Notes: generated from the letters alone by a model not told the origin. 64,000 nt of DNA from Euryarchaeota archaeon UBA19 (GCA_002502175.1 DAPQ01000075.1:9170-73169), one strand, 5' to 3'; counted from the stretch's first letter, positions 45,801 through 54,591 are shown. Made by a program: numbers and translations.

Positions 45801-48800
45801 TCTCCCAAACTACCTTGATAATCCTGAACTTCGTAGACAACTTGAGAAGAAATATCATGGTACATTTCCACTAATTCATCTAAGGTAAGTGCAGTGGTCA
45901 GGAAAGCACGTGATAGACCTAACTTAGCATTAGCACGATGTAGGTTTGTTGAAACGTCATCATAACTTTCGATTAAGTCGGCAGTGTATCTGTAACCACC
46001 AATTTCGTAATGCGTTGTTTGCTCCTCATAGGGTTGGCTAGAGCCACGTGCTTGGTCGAAGATCGATTTAGCCTCTGTCTCATTTGTGGTTGCATTTCCA
46101 ACTTGCTTTCCATCCTTGAAGACGAACCACATTGGTTCGGTTGGAAGTCCATTTTCATCAAGTATGGTACCGTGCATCAAATCTGTAGTAATCTTCAGGT
46201 TTCCAGCTGTAAAGGAAGAATCTTGTACCTCCTGTACATTTTGATAGATTAGTACCAAAGAACGATCGATTACGAATTGCTTTTGACCTGGTCCAAGTGA
46301 TAGAATATCATGGAACTCCTCAACTTGTTCTGTTGTTAGGTGGTTCTGAATGGCTTGGGTAAATTCCTCGCCAAATTCTCCGTTTCCGGAATATTGCCTA
46401 TCTCCTTGAGCCAGTGTGGCGATAAACATAGCAAGTGTATCTTCTTGACTGGAGGATAGTAACATTCCACCACTATGAGGAATACCGGACTGGAAGTTAT
46501 CAGCAACGGTAGGGTGCTCTCCCGAATCCAATGCTTGGAATCCATAATCCCACCAAGAGACGAAAGCGGGTCTTTGGCCAAAGTCCTCATCAGAATCTTG
46601 TTCTGAAAGCCATTCATAGGCCATATTCCAACCTCCGCCGTTGAATCCAGGGCCGAATGTTCCCATGTACCAACAACCATTTCCACAATTTGCTGTTGGA
46701 TTGTATGAACTGCTGTCTAGAAGTGAAAGCCCTCCGATATCGAATCTCATTACGTCTGGAGTAATATCGTAAATTACCTGATCTACATCTCCCGAAGCAG
46801 TCTCACCTCTTGGAATACCTGAATCGATACCGTAGGTTGCATGTTGAGTTGCCACCAGCATGAATACTAGCACTAAGGCTGGAATCATCGGCTTCTTCAT
46901 ACTAGCAGTTCTAGCAGAACGGAAGCGAGCTCTTGGAGTTCCAATTCCTGCGCGACGCCATTCTTTGATGAAGCCGGAGAAATCAGCCATATTCCAAAGA
47001 GCGGCGATTCCGATAGCCCCAACAACGGCCATTGCAGGAGTTGCGTTTAGAATGAATCTACCAGCGGTCCAAGCCATGTATGAAGCGATTAGAACCCACA
47101 AACCAACGAGCGAAAGGCCTTGCTTTTCTTCTCTGGCCCCTCGCCAAAGTAGGATGAATGCATAACCTAATGCAATCAGTGTAACAATCGGGCCGAAGGA
47201 AGCGAATAGTACACCTCTACTCGGGGCCTGAGCCTCACCGATTGTTCCGAATATCTTGTTCTTTGAGAAATAGAATCCACCAGTGAATAAGATGTCCCAG
47301 CCGTCGTAATATTCAGCGGTTTGTAGAATCCACAATGCCGATAGAATACCGCCAAATAGCAAGCCACCGCTTCCTAATACCAATAGCCAAGGTTTGTCGC
47401 GGAAGCTAGATGCGACCCAACCTAATGCGATTGTAAATCCAACAATGTAGAACATAGGTTGGAATCCACTTGGGGCCCATAGTAGGTTAAGTCCAGGCCA
47501 TATGTAGAATGGTAATGGGATTAGGAATGTTGTGAACATCATCTGCAAAGCGGCCGAGGTAAGCGGTAGGCTGTCACGTCGGCGGAACATATTCAGAACT
47601 ATTTGGAAAGCAAATGCGAGGAAAAGAATACCAGGACCGTAAACGAATCCTTTCCAACCAAGCGCTACTGTAGAGAAGCTAATACCTGCTAGTGTCGCAT
47701 AGGACATCATAACTGGATTTCGATTCCACATCTCGCGAATTCCAGCAACCAAGTAAAGTGGATTGGCGCTTGGGTCGCGGAATACCCTTTCACTACCAAT
47801 TTCTCCTAATGCTCGAACCCAGAAGTAGATGGCTAGGGTTAGGAAAAGAAGTGCAAAGGAGTCGTGGTCTGCTAGACCAAACGTTGAGTGGCTAATGTGC
47901 CCGGGCATCAATGCCATGAGCCATGCAGCGAATATTCCTGCCTGTGCGCTGTGAAGGCGGTTTGCAATTCCAGCAACTGGCAGAACAATCAATGCTCCGA
48001 AGATGGCTGGCAAACCTGCAACGGACCACCAAACGACTTCTTCGGCTGCGATACCAGTTAGCCATTCAAGAGCGAGGCCACCTAATGCTAGGCACCACGA
48101 AAACAGTGGGGGTCGAGGATTGATTCCTCCACTAGGGTAGGATCGGTCAGCATCGAAAATGAAGTGTGCATGCTCAGCTACAATGTAATCTACAACCCTC
48201 TTCATGTACCAAGGGTCTGAACCTCCAGTCATATCCCAAAGCCCTGTTATGTTTGCATTCATTGCAGGAAGGACGTTCCAACCGGTTCTAATCAAGAGAC
48301 CAACAATTACTGCAGAGCCAACTAGGATGGAATAGGAATTATCTCTCCACCATAAGCGGAACTGACTAGGTTCACGACGAGGGGCAATATCCCCGAACCT
48401 TCCACTAGATGCAAGGATGATTGCAAGTACATTCAACCAGAACGTAATGAAGAACCAAGAGAATGCACCACCGAAGTCATTACCGGCTAGGAATTCTAAT
48501 TGTTCAGGGAGGCTAACTCCGATCTCAACCAAGTGAGATAGAGTGTAAATTAGCCAATTTACCGCAACTACTGCCCCTAGAACGTGCCATCTCTCAGCAC
48601 GACAGAAGGCTACAAACATCACTACTACTGAGGTTACTAGAGCCCACACCCCTCCAAGGTAATGGTGTTCCTCAAAGGTAGCAGCATCTGAGATAGTTGC
48701 TATTGAATAGAGTGGAATTAAGTTAACAATCAAGAGAATGAATGAAGTGATTAGTATATCACGATGCTCTGAGAAATCTATTTTCTTTGGAAGCCTATCG

Positions 48801-49408
48801 AACAAAGATCCATTTCCACCATCATACAAAACTCCCCTGAACAATACAGCAAAAATTGTTCCAAGCATCAATGATGCAGCATAGAAAGAAAAGAAATTAG
48901 CGGCTATACCGGCCCTTTGGACATCGATTAATAGATTCTGTAAACTATCTCCTTCAGATAGTGCCAATTCCGGCATAGAGGCGGCATAGGCCACAGAAAC
49001 GTGAAACCCAGCGACCATAGAGAATAGGATTGTTGCTTCCTCATTTCTATTCGATTTTACAAGAATGAGTGTTGACATAGCCACGAATGCAAAAGTAGTT
49101 GCTAGTATGGCGTCAATAAATCCGAGTATTTCCAGGGCTATCGGTCCGACTGCAAAGAGTAGTACGAATAGCGAGTTTCGGTTTAATGGTGAATCTTCTG
49201 GAAGGGCAGATACCCAAAACCTTCCCATTACAGCCGCTAACGCGGCTGCGACGGGGAGGATAACCAACTTTCCTGTGTCAATCATCGCATCATCAGAGAG
49301 GGATGTGGCAGCGAAGAGTAACAGAAGTAATCCTGCTAACACCGCTGGTGCCGAAACCAGTCCATTGTACTGGCCGACGTCCCTCGTTTTCCCGTTTTCA
49401 TAAGACAT
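39872..49408 (-). CDS. aglB: Giant (3178 aa) oligosaccharyltransferase AglB/STT3 fused to an extra polytopic N-domain and a roughly 2100-aa extracellular repeat region with C-terminal TM anchor
   Basis: STT3 signature in canonical order: GGSDPWYMKRVVDY, GLADHDSF, FGTIGEAQ (TIXE) and WWDYG (nt 46541-46555), followed by TVADNFQSG. About 9-10 extra hydrophobic segments (by eye) precede the core. Repetitive beta-sandwich-like sequence follows it. Terminal TM IGIILAIILVFVVWYF. Confidence 0.85.
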   Translation of the reverse strand: MSYENGKTRDVGQYNGLVSAPAVLAGLLLLLFAATSLSDDAMIDTGKLVILPVAAALAAVMGRFWVSALPEDSPLNRNSLFVLLFAVGPIALEILGFIDAILATTFAFVAMSTLILVKSNRNEEATILFSMVAGFHVSVAYAASMPELALSEGDSLQNLLIDVQRAGIAANFFSFYAASLMLGTIFAVLFRGVLYDGGNGSLFDRLPKKIDFSEHRDILITSFILLIVNLIPLYSIATISDAATFEEHHYLGGVWALVTSVVVMFVAFCRAERWHVLGAVVAVNWLIYTLSHLVEIGVSLPEQLEFLAGNDFGGAFSWFFITFWLNVLAIILASSGRFGDIAPRREPSQFRLWWRDNSYSILVGSAVIVGLLIRTGWNVLPAMNANITGLWDMTGGSDPWYMKRVVDYIVAEHAHFIFDADRSYPSGGINPRPPLFSWCLALGGLALEWLTGIAAEEVVWWSVAGLPAIFGALIVLPVAGIANRLHSAQAGIFAAWLMALMPGHISHSTFGLADHDSFALLFLTLAIYFWVRALGEIGSERVFRDPSANPLYLVAGIREMWNRNPVMMSYATLAGISFSTVALGWKGFVYGPGILFLAFAFQIVLNMFRRRDSLPLTSAALQMMFTTFLIPLPFYIWPGLNLLWAPSGFQPMFYIVGFTIALGWVASSFRDKPWLLVLGSGGLLFGGILSALWILQTAEYYDGWDILFTGGFYFSKNKIFGTIGEAQAPSRGVLFASFGPIVTLIALGYAFILLWRGAREEKQGLSLVGLWVLIASYMAWTAGRFILNATPAMAVVGAIGIAALWNMADFSGFIKEWRRAGIGTPRARFRSARTASMKKPMIPALVLVFMLVATQHATYGIDSGIPRGETASGDVDQVIYDITPDVMRFDIGGLSLLDSSSYNPTANCGNGCWYMGTFGPGFNGGGWNMAYEWLSEQDSDEDFGQRPAFVSWWDYGFQALDSGEHPTVADNFQSGIPHSGGMLLSSSQEDTLAMFIATLAQGDRQYSGNGEFGEEFTQAIQNHLTTEQVEEFHDILSLGPGQKQFVIDRSLVLIYQNVQEVQDSSFTAGNLKITTDLMHGTILDENGLPTEPMWFVFKDGKQVGNATTNETEAKSIFDQARGSSQPYEEQTTHYEIGGYRYTADLIESYDDVSTNLHRANAKLGLSRAFLTTALTLDELVEMYHDISSQVVYEVQDYQGSLGETIERNNEIRYFAIDDRLYPLGGAYYADQSYHRGQTTGIFYAPTTLSGLDPNHYIESVYETQRGDRPTVFMSAERYEQEYMSDVVKQQSGAMEDSTDMIQLVDIQYQQTESFFETMVARIYVGYGTSSLGLTVDPSQPGPTWAISGTPGSPLENAFPLPGAMMNHFVIANWYDDGSDSPDEDNNSVPDIFDGGYAAIGRANSNVKVVKYYSGATIEGTVELDGIGPVPNARILIERDAFSGEEVPDENGTVTDQDPRTYWIPIGTVDADENGDYSFTVPAGKIRVSAFFGESDLRAARDELASGGGGMLQDVATESTIGERNVNLITGILGNVSGSQWLSETIINVSGEDGHSNGQALINGDIIVEPSFSTGRLIWNGAGSFSGQAITDAVVELSPAWDQIQMQPIMLETSTGSVNGPDLAFQGIGQVTFTGEGEVISNGLMTVNDFVGTHTQTILHGHSLAGSGEFTGRGTLSGVIDGEDIVDGDCNENGTMPENYSVCSLSDGDFLIEGAVNATGRFTSNGTSSFSQEHNGSSLIGAGVFTVDASNEELDSYGTLNGTGTFSGEGEFSGPMVQAGTFHLIDAIPGNYNVAVIFNDGTRIEIIDGFNVPFRGVPSLHQIDVAGGSISGTLTDENGNTLAGFVTMVHSESDNDTILGECSEVMYAPCMLTADENGSFEFGPIMPGEYTFALDMDEDGFNEVELRHEFDAEMDSQVEFPTPIPTVFDLRFSLSQIVDGSQTSVEGLENLTLVKSDNSAAPVIAVFDNVSGEYLAELSQGQWILSHDLSDSEQLWEQIDLESDISTSFTFRESMNVIGTVYYDTNAEVTNSTIQAEVVDFTQVIFHWENFTTTETTDANGVFNVVLPIGSVVDAAVFGSVLNVVNGTRFTVEEGMENITMVARPGYDVNGNLNLNRLGNYYSSNLEGWEQVTVFATNDDIDAVWHIDVTQFGTFNTILPEGNWTFTTDLEWLNATEATLMVDGENDTVEMYVYPAMSFLEIDFFLDNTGDNSVTNGTLVNYQFSIVPLENSAGLTINVAEDGEEWISQGFARVPVEAGSYRINVELSNARAGDIFGTRIMTGDAYFEVGFGGEVVSRSIGFDPEWKVDLTFTNESGGPLVDQLVRFINPENSGEVITRKTDMNGTLIDHLADGEWIVVIDSVETDTGVIEGVRTTITVSEQNANNAETISTSELASFSVRISDSNGIYLQDMDLKLTSNDGLGTVYLDSTDESGQTSGIISSGSWNIELNQTVDRTRYVISSIELLDGGLVAGENDLIDIIASTHYEMSGTIFWDHDDDDDADVGEGVPDVEILMTSEGHDNISQITNAAGEWSVFVPADTTWQVSTFREGFDQEMESIAMNAPNSVEIELTAGYVNIFGNVSHSDLSNIGEQVELILIPSHGMVRDRVVPDKVFEDGVWNGQWTASVEPGRWIIRATLESSNLVGMASIDADISDGGNVDIDLLYGGWLYLATQWLDFNGTQHHASESEIQGAEIIDEVEFILSSGAGVRWDAMLTEAGEISILMPTGMIGVEGSFSVDQMDRVMEYSTSKSINVPGSGTDLTASVTQDILFDRISNHTISATIVSVTGGELTDEGEFDDVQATLGDEGEYDSIEFTMSLDYLGHETVSSYTVSGNVAGTDGQYWSVEVWDQSVENWTSPFTFEFGLDSNNSTTYDNLLLRITPANQSTAQSLTNGHTVDIRFTSADGYQFEQEVIVRIPQFHDFELREPLLDVYGIRPGEELSIPLLFTNSGNGDERFEFVFDDTQLPPDWQRTGATSHTVGAFVDTTHTIKVIAPENATGTEDFIITISVTDKNNGTYPPLVIRVKTSLPVLEISNVYSNGDPLFGTIHTFTVVVENTGLVDAEKVKLVGTVRGKNVSSSVTQDVLSGDSVTYLIDINLTDFDGPSQEWFDFEISTEGQEFGEEPETVSKRYSLKAQAVDDSTPTTVIGIILAIILVFVVWYFTRSGSRRPGAPF

Positions 49409-49490
49409 TATTTTCTCACCGTCTATTTGCAGCCTAAAGGCTCAGCGTCGCGGCGACCCAAACTTCTGTTATAACCGTTCTCGGAGTTTA

Positions 49491-49525
49491 CGCTACGTAG
49501 TAGCGAGCCTAGTTTTCAAAAAAAA
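49491..49525 (-). terminator. purD terminator candidate: T8 tract followed by hairpin CGCTAC-GTA-GTAGCG
   Basis: On the minus strand a run of 8 T (nt 49525-49518) starts 3 nt after the purD stop. The 6-bp, 3-nt-loop hairpin lies at 49491-49505. Oligo-T tracts are the established archaeal termination signal. Confidence 0.5.
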
Positions 49526-49528
49526 CGG

Positions 49529-50797
49529 TCAAAGTGCCCGATATGCAATATCTCTCCGATAATGTGAGCCGGCCAAATTGATTTCTTCGATAATGGCGTA
49601 GGCAGCGTTTACTGCAGTTGGAAGATCAGATGCCACAGCGGTTGCCGATAGGACTCTTCCCCCACTCGAAAGAAGTTTTTCTTCTTCATCCCGAAGGGTG
49701 CCGGCTTGGTGTACAAATGCGATAATTTCACCTTCTTCGATTCGAGTATTTTCGCCGGTAATTTCTCTACCGGTCTTTGAAGGACCTGGGTATCCTTCAG
49801 AGGCTAAAACTACAGTGACTGCGGACTTGTCAGAAAATATCGGATGATAACTCTCAATCCTACCCTCAGCAGCTGCTAGAAGCATTTCACCAAGGTCACT
49901 TTCTATCAGTGGAATTGTGACTTGAGTTTCTGGGTCTCCGAACCTAACATTGTATTCGACTACGCTCGGAGCACCTTCATCATTAATCATAAGCCCGACA
50001 TAGAGAACTCCTCGATATGGAATTGGTTGATTGCGCAAATGATGATGCATTGGATTGACTATTTCCTGAATCACCCTTTGCCTCACTGATTCGGTTACAA
50101 CAGGAGCTGGAGCATATGCACCCATGCCGCCAGTATTTGGCCCAGTGTCTCCATCTCCGACTCTCTTGTGATCTTGACTTGCGGGTAGGCAAATGTATCC
50201 GGATTCATCCATAATTACCAACATAGAAGCTTCCTCCCCTGCGAGGAATTCTTCTAAGAGTACAAATCCATCAGTCGAAATCGATTCTCGGATGAAAACG
50301 CTAGCCTCCTCAAAATCCTCAGTTACCACCACGCCCTTTCCGGCAGCTAGTACATCTCGCTTGATTACCCAGGGTGGTGAATATCGAGATAGGGCGCTAT
50401 CGATGTCGGAATCTGACTTCAAAATTTGCACACCTGCTGTGGGTATTCCTAATTCTTCCATCACCTGCTTTGCGTAAATTTTGGAACCTTCTAATTCGGC
50501 ACCTTCCGAATGAGGTCCAAAACTCGGTATCCCCTTTTCCCTTAATGAGTCTGAGAGTCCAGAAACCAACGGGGCTTCGGGGCCAACTACAACTAGGTCA
50601 ACCGATAATTCAATTGCAAGTTCAACCACTGTGTTTACATCGGTAGCAGAAACATCATGATTGACTCCTAACATTGAGGTCCCTGCATTACCAGGACATG
50701 TATGAATTGAGTCGACTGAGGGGCTTTCCGAGAGCCCGATTGCGAGGGCGTGCTCTCTTCCTCCGCTTCCAACTATCAGCACCCTCAATCCGGCCAT
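49529..50797 (-). CDS. purD: Phosphoribosylamine-glycine ligase
   Basis: N-terminus MAGLRVLIVGSGGREHALA and an ATP-grasp body (PWVIKRDVLAAGKGV, GPNTGGMGAYAPAP). ATG 50797 is preferred over the listed 50836. Confidence 0.9.
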   Translation of the reverse strand: MAGLRVLIVGSGGREHALAIGLSESPSVDSIHTCPGNAGTSMLGVNHDVSATDVNTVVELAIELSVDLVVVGPEAPLVSGLSDSLREKGIPSFGPHSEGAELEGSKIYAKQVMEELGIPTAGVQILKSDSDIDSALSRYSPPWVIKRDVLAAGKGVVVTEDFEEASVFIRESISTDGFVLLEEFLAGEEASMLVIMDESGYICLPASQDHKRVGDGDTGPNTGGMGAYAPAPVVTESVRQRVIQEIVNPMHHHLRNQPIPYRGVLYVGLMINDEGAPSVVEYNVRFGDPETQVTIPLIESDLGEMLLAAAEGRIESYHPIFSDKSAVTVVLASEGYPGPSKTGREITGENTRIEEGEIIAFVHQAGTLRDEEEKLLSSGGRVLSATAVASDLPTAVNAAYAIIEEINLAGSHYRRDIAYRAL

Positions 50798-50869
50798 ATT
50801 ACATTCGCAATCGACTAGCAAATTAATGCATTGCAATAGTAAATCTCTTGCAACTTGGTGGTTGGAAGA

Positions 50870-51568
50870 TCAATATGGAACAGACTTCAATCCGAGTCTG
50901 TAGCCTATTATATTGAACGAGCGATGAATTATTGGGGTCAAAACAATGATTGCAATAATTGGTGGAGTTAAATCAGAATGCATCATTATCTGGTCTCTGA
51001 ATAAAATTGCAGCAGCTAGGAATATGAAAATTGCAAAGGGAAGAGTGTCTAATAGAGGGGCTTTTGAACTAACTTCTCCTTCCCTTTTCAGCCCCTGTCT
51101 GCGTTTTACAAAAGAACCCGCCATATCACCCAACATACAGGCTAACCCTAGGGTGAATCCAAGCACAAATGCAGCGCTCCATTCATTCCCAATCCAAAAC
51201 CAATCCGAAGGTTCAGAGATTAACAATGGGTCGATGAATGGCCGGTTTGAGGAAGGAGTATTTCCTTCCCAAATGTAATGCGAAATCATAACCAGTATTC
51301 CAGAAAAGACGCCCCCTCCAATAAGCCCCTCCCAAGACTTACCATCACCTAGTAACCTATTCCCATCAGAATGAATTTTACCTCCATCGATCTTGTGGTT
51401 TTCAAAGCCGAATTTATCAGGAATCCATTTTCCAAAAAGCATTGCTCCTGTATTTGCTAAATATGCAGGCCCGTATAGAATTAAGACGGTTAGCACGTTA
51501 ATCGCAAAATCTCCGGCTGTAGCATCGGGGAAAGCAAGGTCCGCCATGCTTGACATTAGTCCCGCCAT
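50870..51568 (-). CDS. carS: CDP-archaeol synthase
   Basis: Matches the A. fulgidus CarS pattern from memory: LGDGKSWEGLIGG (vs LGDGKTWRGFVGG), GDMAGSFVKRRQG (vs GDLCGSFIKRRFG) and C-terminal GYRLGLKSVPY (vs YRLNLKEVPW). The start is uncertain (51568, 51556 or 51622). Confidence 0.88.
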   Translation of the reverse strand: MAGLMSSMADLAFPDATAGDFAINVLTVLILYGPAYLANTGAMLFGKWIPDKFGFENHKIDGGKIHSDGNRLLGDGKSWEGLIGGGVFSGILVMISHYIWEGNTPSSNRPFIDPLLISEPSDWFWIGNEWSAAFVLGFTLGLACMLGDMAGSFVKRRQGLKREGEVSSKAPLLDTLPFAIFIFLAAAILFRDQIMMHSDLTPPIIAIIVLTPIIHRSFNIIGYRLGLKSVPY

Positions 51569-51647
51569 ATACTCATGCGAGAAGAACTCTCGGTTTCTTG
51601 CACATGCCGCCGATTCCTTCATTGATTACTTATTGTACGCGTCATCG

Positions 51648-53339
51648 ATGAGTAAATCGAAGACTATGCTATTGGCAACATTTTTGCTAACCGCTTTAGC
51701 CACAACAACCTCCCTTAACGTCGTAGCACAACCATCCGAAATTATCATTGATTCAAGGGTTGAATGGATTGAAGATCGCTCACTAGAGGTCGATTTACGA
51801 ATCGTTTCCGGAGGTGATTTAACGCTTAATGGACTTACTCTCGATATAAACGACAGAGTGAATATTTACGTGGAATCTGGCGGTATACTAAACGTCCAAA
51901 ACTCACATATCCAAGATAATAATCCTCCGACTGGATTAGCAGGTTACGGATATTGGGATGAAGATAATCGTTCGGCTGTATTAATCCCTGGTTCAGATTA
52001 TGATGGAGCGTTCGATGCCACATTTTATTCGGGAGAAACTAGCACATTTTACGGAGGTCAGGCTATCATCGAAGGGCAAGACCCCATCGATCTGAACGGT
52101 AGTGAATTTACCCTCTCTTTCGATTCCAATACAGACGATGTTTGGGTTGATTTAGTTGGATATGGACATCAATCAGTTCATCTTGCTACAGTAACCATGA
52201 CTCCTGATGTAGGATCGGCCATTACCTACAACGCTATTGAATTAGAACATCGCAATATGATGGGCTTAGATCAGGATAGTGATACCTGTGTGTTAAATGT
52301 CGCCGGAACTGCTGATTTTGATGAGGCTTCAATTCTAGGGTGCATGGTGGTTGTTGATGGAATGATGACCTTGCATTCAACCACAATAGACAGAACAGGA
52401 CCAATCATTTCCAACAAGGATGCTGAACTTATTCTCAGTGGTCAAACTACATTCTCTATGAGTAAAGATGACCATGATGTGCGTGCACATGCAAATTCAA
52501 GGTTGCATTGGGGAGAATATGTGTTAGGAAGTGGCGGCCACACAGACCGCTGGGAGAAAATCATGGATTCTCAAGAAGTTCACTTTGATGCTGCTGGAGT
52601 TTTATTCAGGATTCTGAATTTTGGTCAATACGAAATAACTTCATCAACATATTTCAGCGATGAAAACGGAGTGGGTCTTATTGACTCAGGCGATACTCGA
52701 ACCGTTGAGATAGGTTGGGCAGATGGAAGTGTTTGGACTGAATCCGCGAGCATAGAAATCATTGAATATCGAACTGGATGGAATATGGATGAAACACTGG
52801 ACGATTATGGCGGTGGAATAATCCCATTGACTTGGGATGAAATAATCGTAATCGACGGAAATACGCCACAAATTGAATTTGTTTCGCTTGATTATCAAGA
52901 ACCAACCGAGAGCGTTTCAAGAGGAAGTAGTGGCGTTGGCTTGATGGCAAAAATAGCAAATCGTGGAACTGCTCCTGCCATTGTATACTTCACATGTGAT
53001 GTTACTGAAACTGGAGCCGCGGCGCAAATGACAAGTTATCCAGGCGGTTTGGTGGAAGCAGGAGAGGAAGTCACAATTCAATTCTCTTGGATGAATAGCG
53101 ATGTGGACAATGCAAGCTTGACCTGCGAGATACTTACACCTACCCAATTGGTAGATGAAGATGCATTTGGAGGCGGTACCGCTTCAAGCGAGCAAATTAC
53201 CTGGGTTGATGCAGAAGATGATGAAGATGGTTCAATTCTACCTGTTGTTGTTGCGTTTGCAATAGCGGTTGTAGCAATGGCAGCGTTCTTCTTCAGGATG
53301 ACAAAATCATCTGAAGAGGATGAAGAAGAATTGTATTAG
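51648..53339 (+). CDS. Hypothetical secreted protein with C-terminal TM anchor and acidic tail
   Basis: ATG 51648 gives the signal peptide MSKSKTMLLATFLLTALATTTSLNVVAQ. The upstream part of the listed ORF is antisense to carS. TM ILPVVVAFAIAVVAMAAFFF is followed by SSEEDEEELY. Confidence 0.7.
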   Translation: MSKSKTMLLATFLLTALATTTSLNVVAQPSEIIIDSRVEWIEDRSLEVDLRIVSGGDLTLNGLTLDINDRVNIYVESGGILNVQNSHIQDNNPPTGLAGYGYWDEDNRSAVLIPGSDYDGAFDATFYSGETSTFYGGQAIIEGQDPIDLNGSEFTLSFDSNTDDVWVDLVGYGHQSVHLATVTMTPDVGSAITYNAIELEHRNMMGLDQDSDTCVLNVAGTADFDEASILGCMVVVDGMMTLHSTTIDRTGPIISNKDAELILSGQTTFSMSKDDHDVRAHANSRLHWGEYVLGSGGHTDRWEKIMDSQEVHFDAAGVLFRILNFGQYEITSSTYFSDENGVGLIDSGDTRTVEIGWADGSVWTESASIEIIEYRTGWNMDETLDDYGGGIIPLTWDEIIVIDGNTPQIEFVSLDYQEPTESVSRGSSGVGLMAKIANRGTAPAIVYFTCDVTETGAAAQMTSYPGGLVEAGEEVTIQFSWMNSDVDNASLTCEILTPTQLVDEDAFGGGTASSEQITWVDAEDDEDGSILPVVVAFAIAVVAMAAFFFRMTKSSEEDEEELY

Positions 53340-54538
53340 CAGCTCGAGACTTGAGTCCAAGACTCATCTGTATCTGAGCCATCATCTCCACCACCAAATT
53401 CTGCAAGTTCGTAATATGTGGTTGACACGTGGGCGGTACGATCTCCCCACGGTGGCCCTTGAGTTGCGGATACGGTGAACTCGTAGCAGCCGAAATCAGA
53501 CTCTTCCCAATCTTCTCTGGGTATGAATTGCATGTTAATTGCGATATCTTCTACGGAGCCATCGAGAACTATCTCTGAACCGAAATCCCCCACAACTGCC
53601 GAACCAGAACCATATTCTCCATTCATTGAATCCCATGTGGCATCACCGTTGATTACTGTCACCGTAGGATAAGAAATAGCAGTCACCCCATCCTTGGATA
53701 GGGTCGCAGTAAGTTCGAAATTAGCGTGGGGCAAGGGCGCGGGAGGATTTCCTACGTTAGTTTGTAATCCGACCCATGCTTTCAGACCTACACCGATAAC
53801 ACAACTGTCTTTATTTCCTGAGCAATCATTCCCTTGACCCATTGCGCCAACCGCGAGATTTTGTGTTGTGTCAACAGTTCTTGCCAAGTGACCAGAATTC
53901 AATATAAAAGAGTCCGAAGAACTACCTGAATCTACAGTTACGATGTAACGAGAATCGGTAGCCGCATTACCAGAGTAGAATTCATCTATTGGAAGAACCA
54001 ATCTGCCGTATTTTCCGTTTGCATCATTGAGGTTTATTGACAAGGGCATGACTGATTCCCAGACTTTTTCTCCACCGTAGGTTATCGACACATCAGCATC
54101 ACCTGAAGATCCGCCGAAAAATCCGCCCGATTCTCGGATAGTGAGGGTTATTGTTTCAGCGTCTGATGATAAATCGCTGTCCGTAATCGTAAGTGAGCTG
54201 GAAAAGAGACTACTGGATATGAATGGTGAAGCAAGTAGAAGCAAGATTGTTACAGAAATAACTTCGGTAAATTTCCTATTTACTCCATCCCAAATAAGGA
54301 ACCACCCCGCTCCCGCTAATAGAATTGGCACTATAATTGCCAAGGCATATTCACTCTGAATTGATGGGAGTGAGTATAACCACATCGATACTATTGACAC
54401 TACTGCCAAACCAATTCCGATATAGAGGGAGTTAGGTACTAAGGTCTTTTTTTCTGCTTCAGGGGCCGCTACAGCGACTATCTCATCTGCTGGTTGTTGA
54501 ACGTCCATAGCCTTCTTCAGCAATCCGCCATCACTCAT
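53336..54538 (-). CDS. Hypothetical membrane protein with extracellular C-terminal domain
   Basis: Three hydrophobic helices near the N-terminus (LYIGIGLAVVSIVSMWLY; LAIIVPILLAGAGWFLIW; VISVTILLLLASPFI), then about 280 aa rich in Ser/Gly/Asp. GAGGTT lies 6 nt upstream of the ATG. Confidence 0.65.
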   Translation of the reverse strand: MSDGGLLKKAMDVQQPADEIVAVAAPEAEKKTLVPNSLYIGIGLAVVSIVSMWLYSLPSIQSEYALAIIVPILLAGAGWFLIWDGVNRKFTEVISVTILLLLASPFISSSLFSSSLTITDSDLSSDAETITLTIRESGGFFGGSSGDADVSITYGGEKVWESVMPLSINLNDANGKYGRLVLPIDEFYSGNAATDSRYIVTVDSGSSSDSFILNSGHLARTVDTTQNLAVGAMGQGNDCSGNKDSCVIGVGLKAWVGLQTNVGNPPAPLPHANFELTATLSKDGVTAISYPTVTVINGDATWDSMNGEYGSGSAVVGDFGSEIVLDGSVEDIAINMQFIPREDWEESDFGCYEFTVSATQGPPWGDRTAHVSTTYYELAEFGGGDDGSDTDESWTQVSSC

Positions 54539-54591
54539 GTCAGTAACCTCTCAATTGAGCAAGGCGTCCCTAGCGTCGGTTATCAACCCAA

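Noticed and set aside
51393-51647. Upstream extension of ORF 51393-53339.
   Set aside because: It overlaps the carS coding region on the opposite strand and lacks signal-peptide character. ATG 51648 gives a textbook signal peptide.
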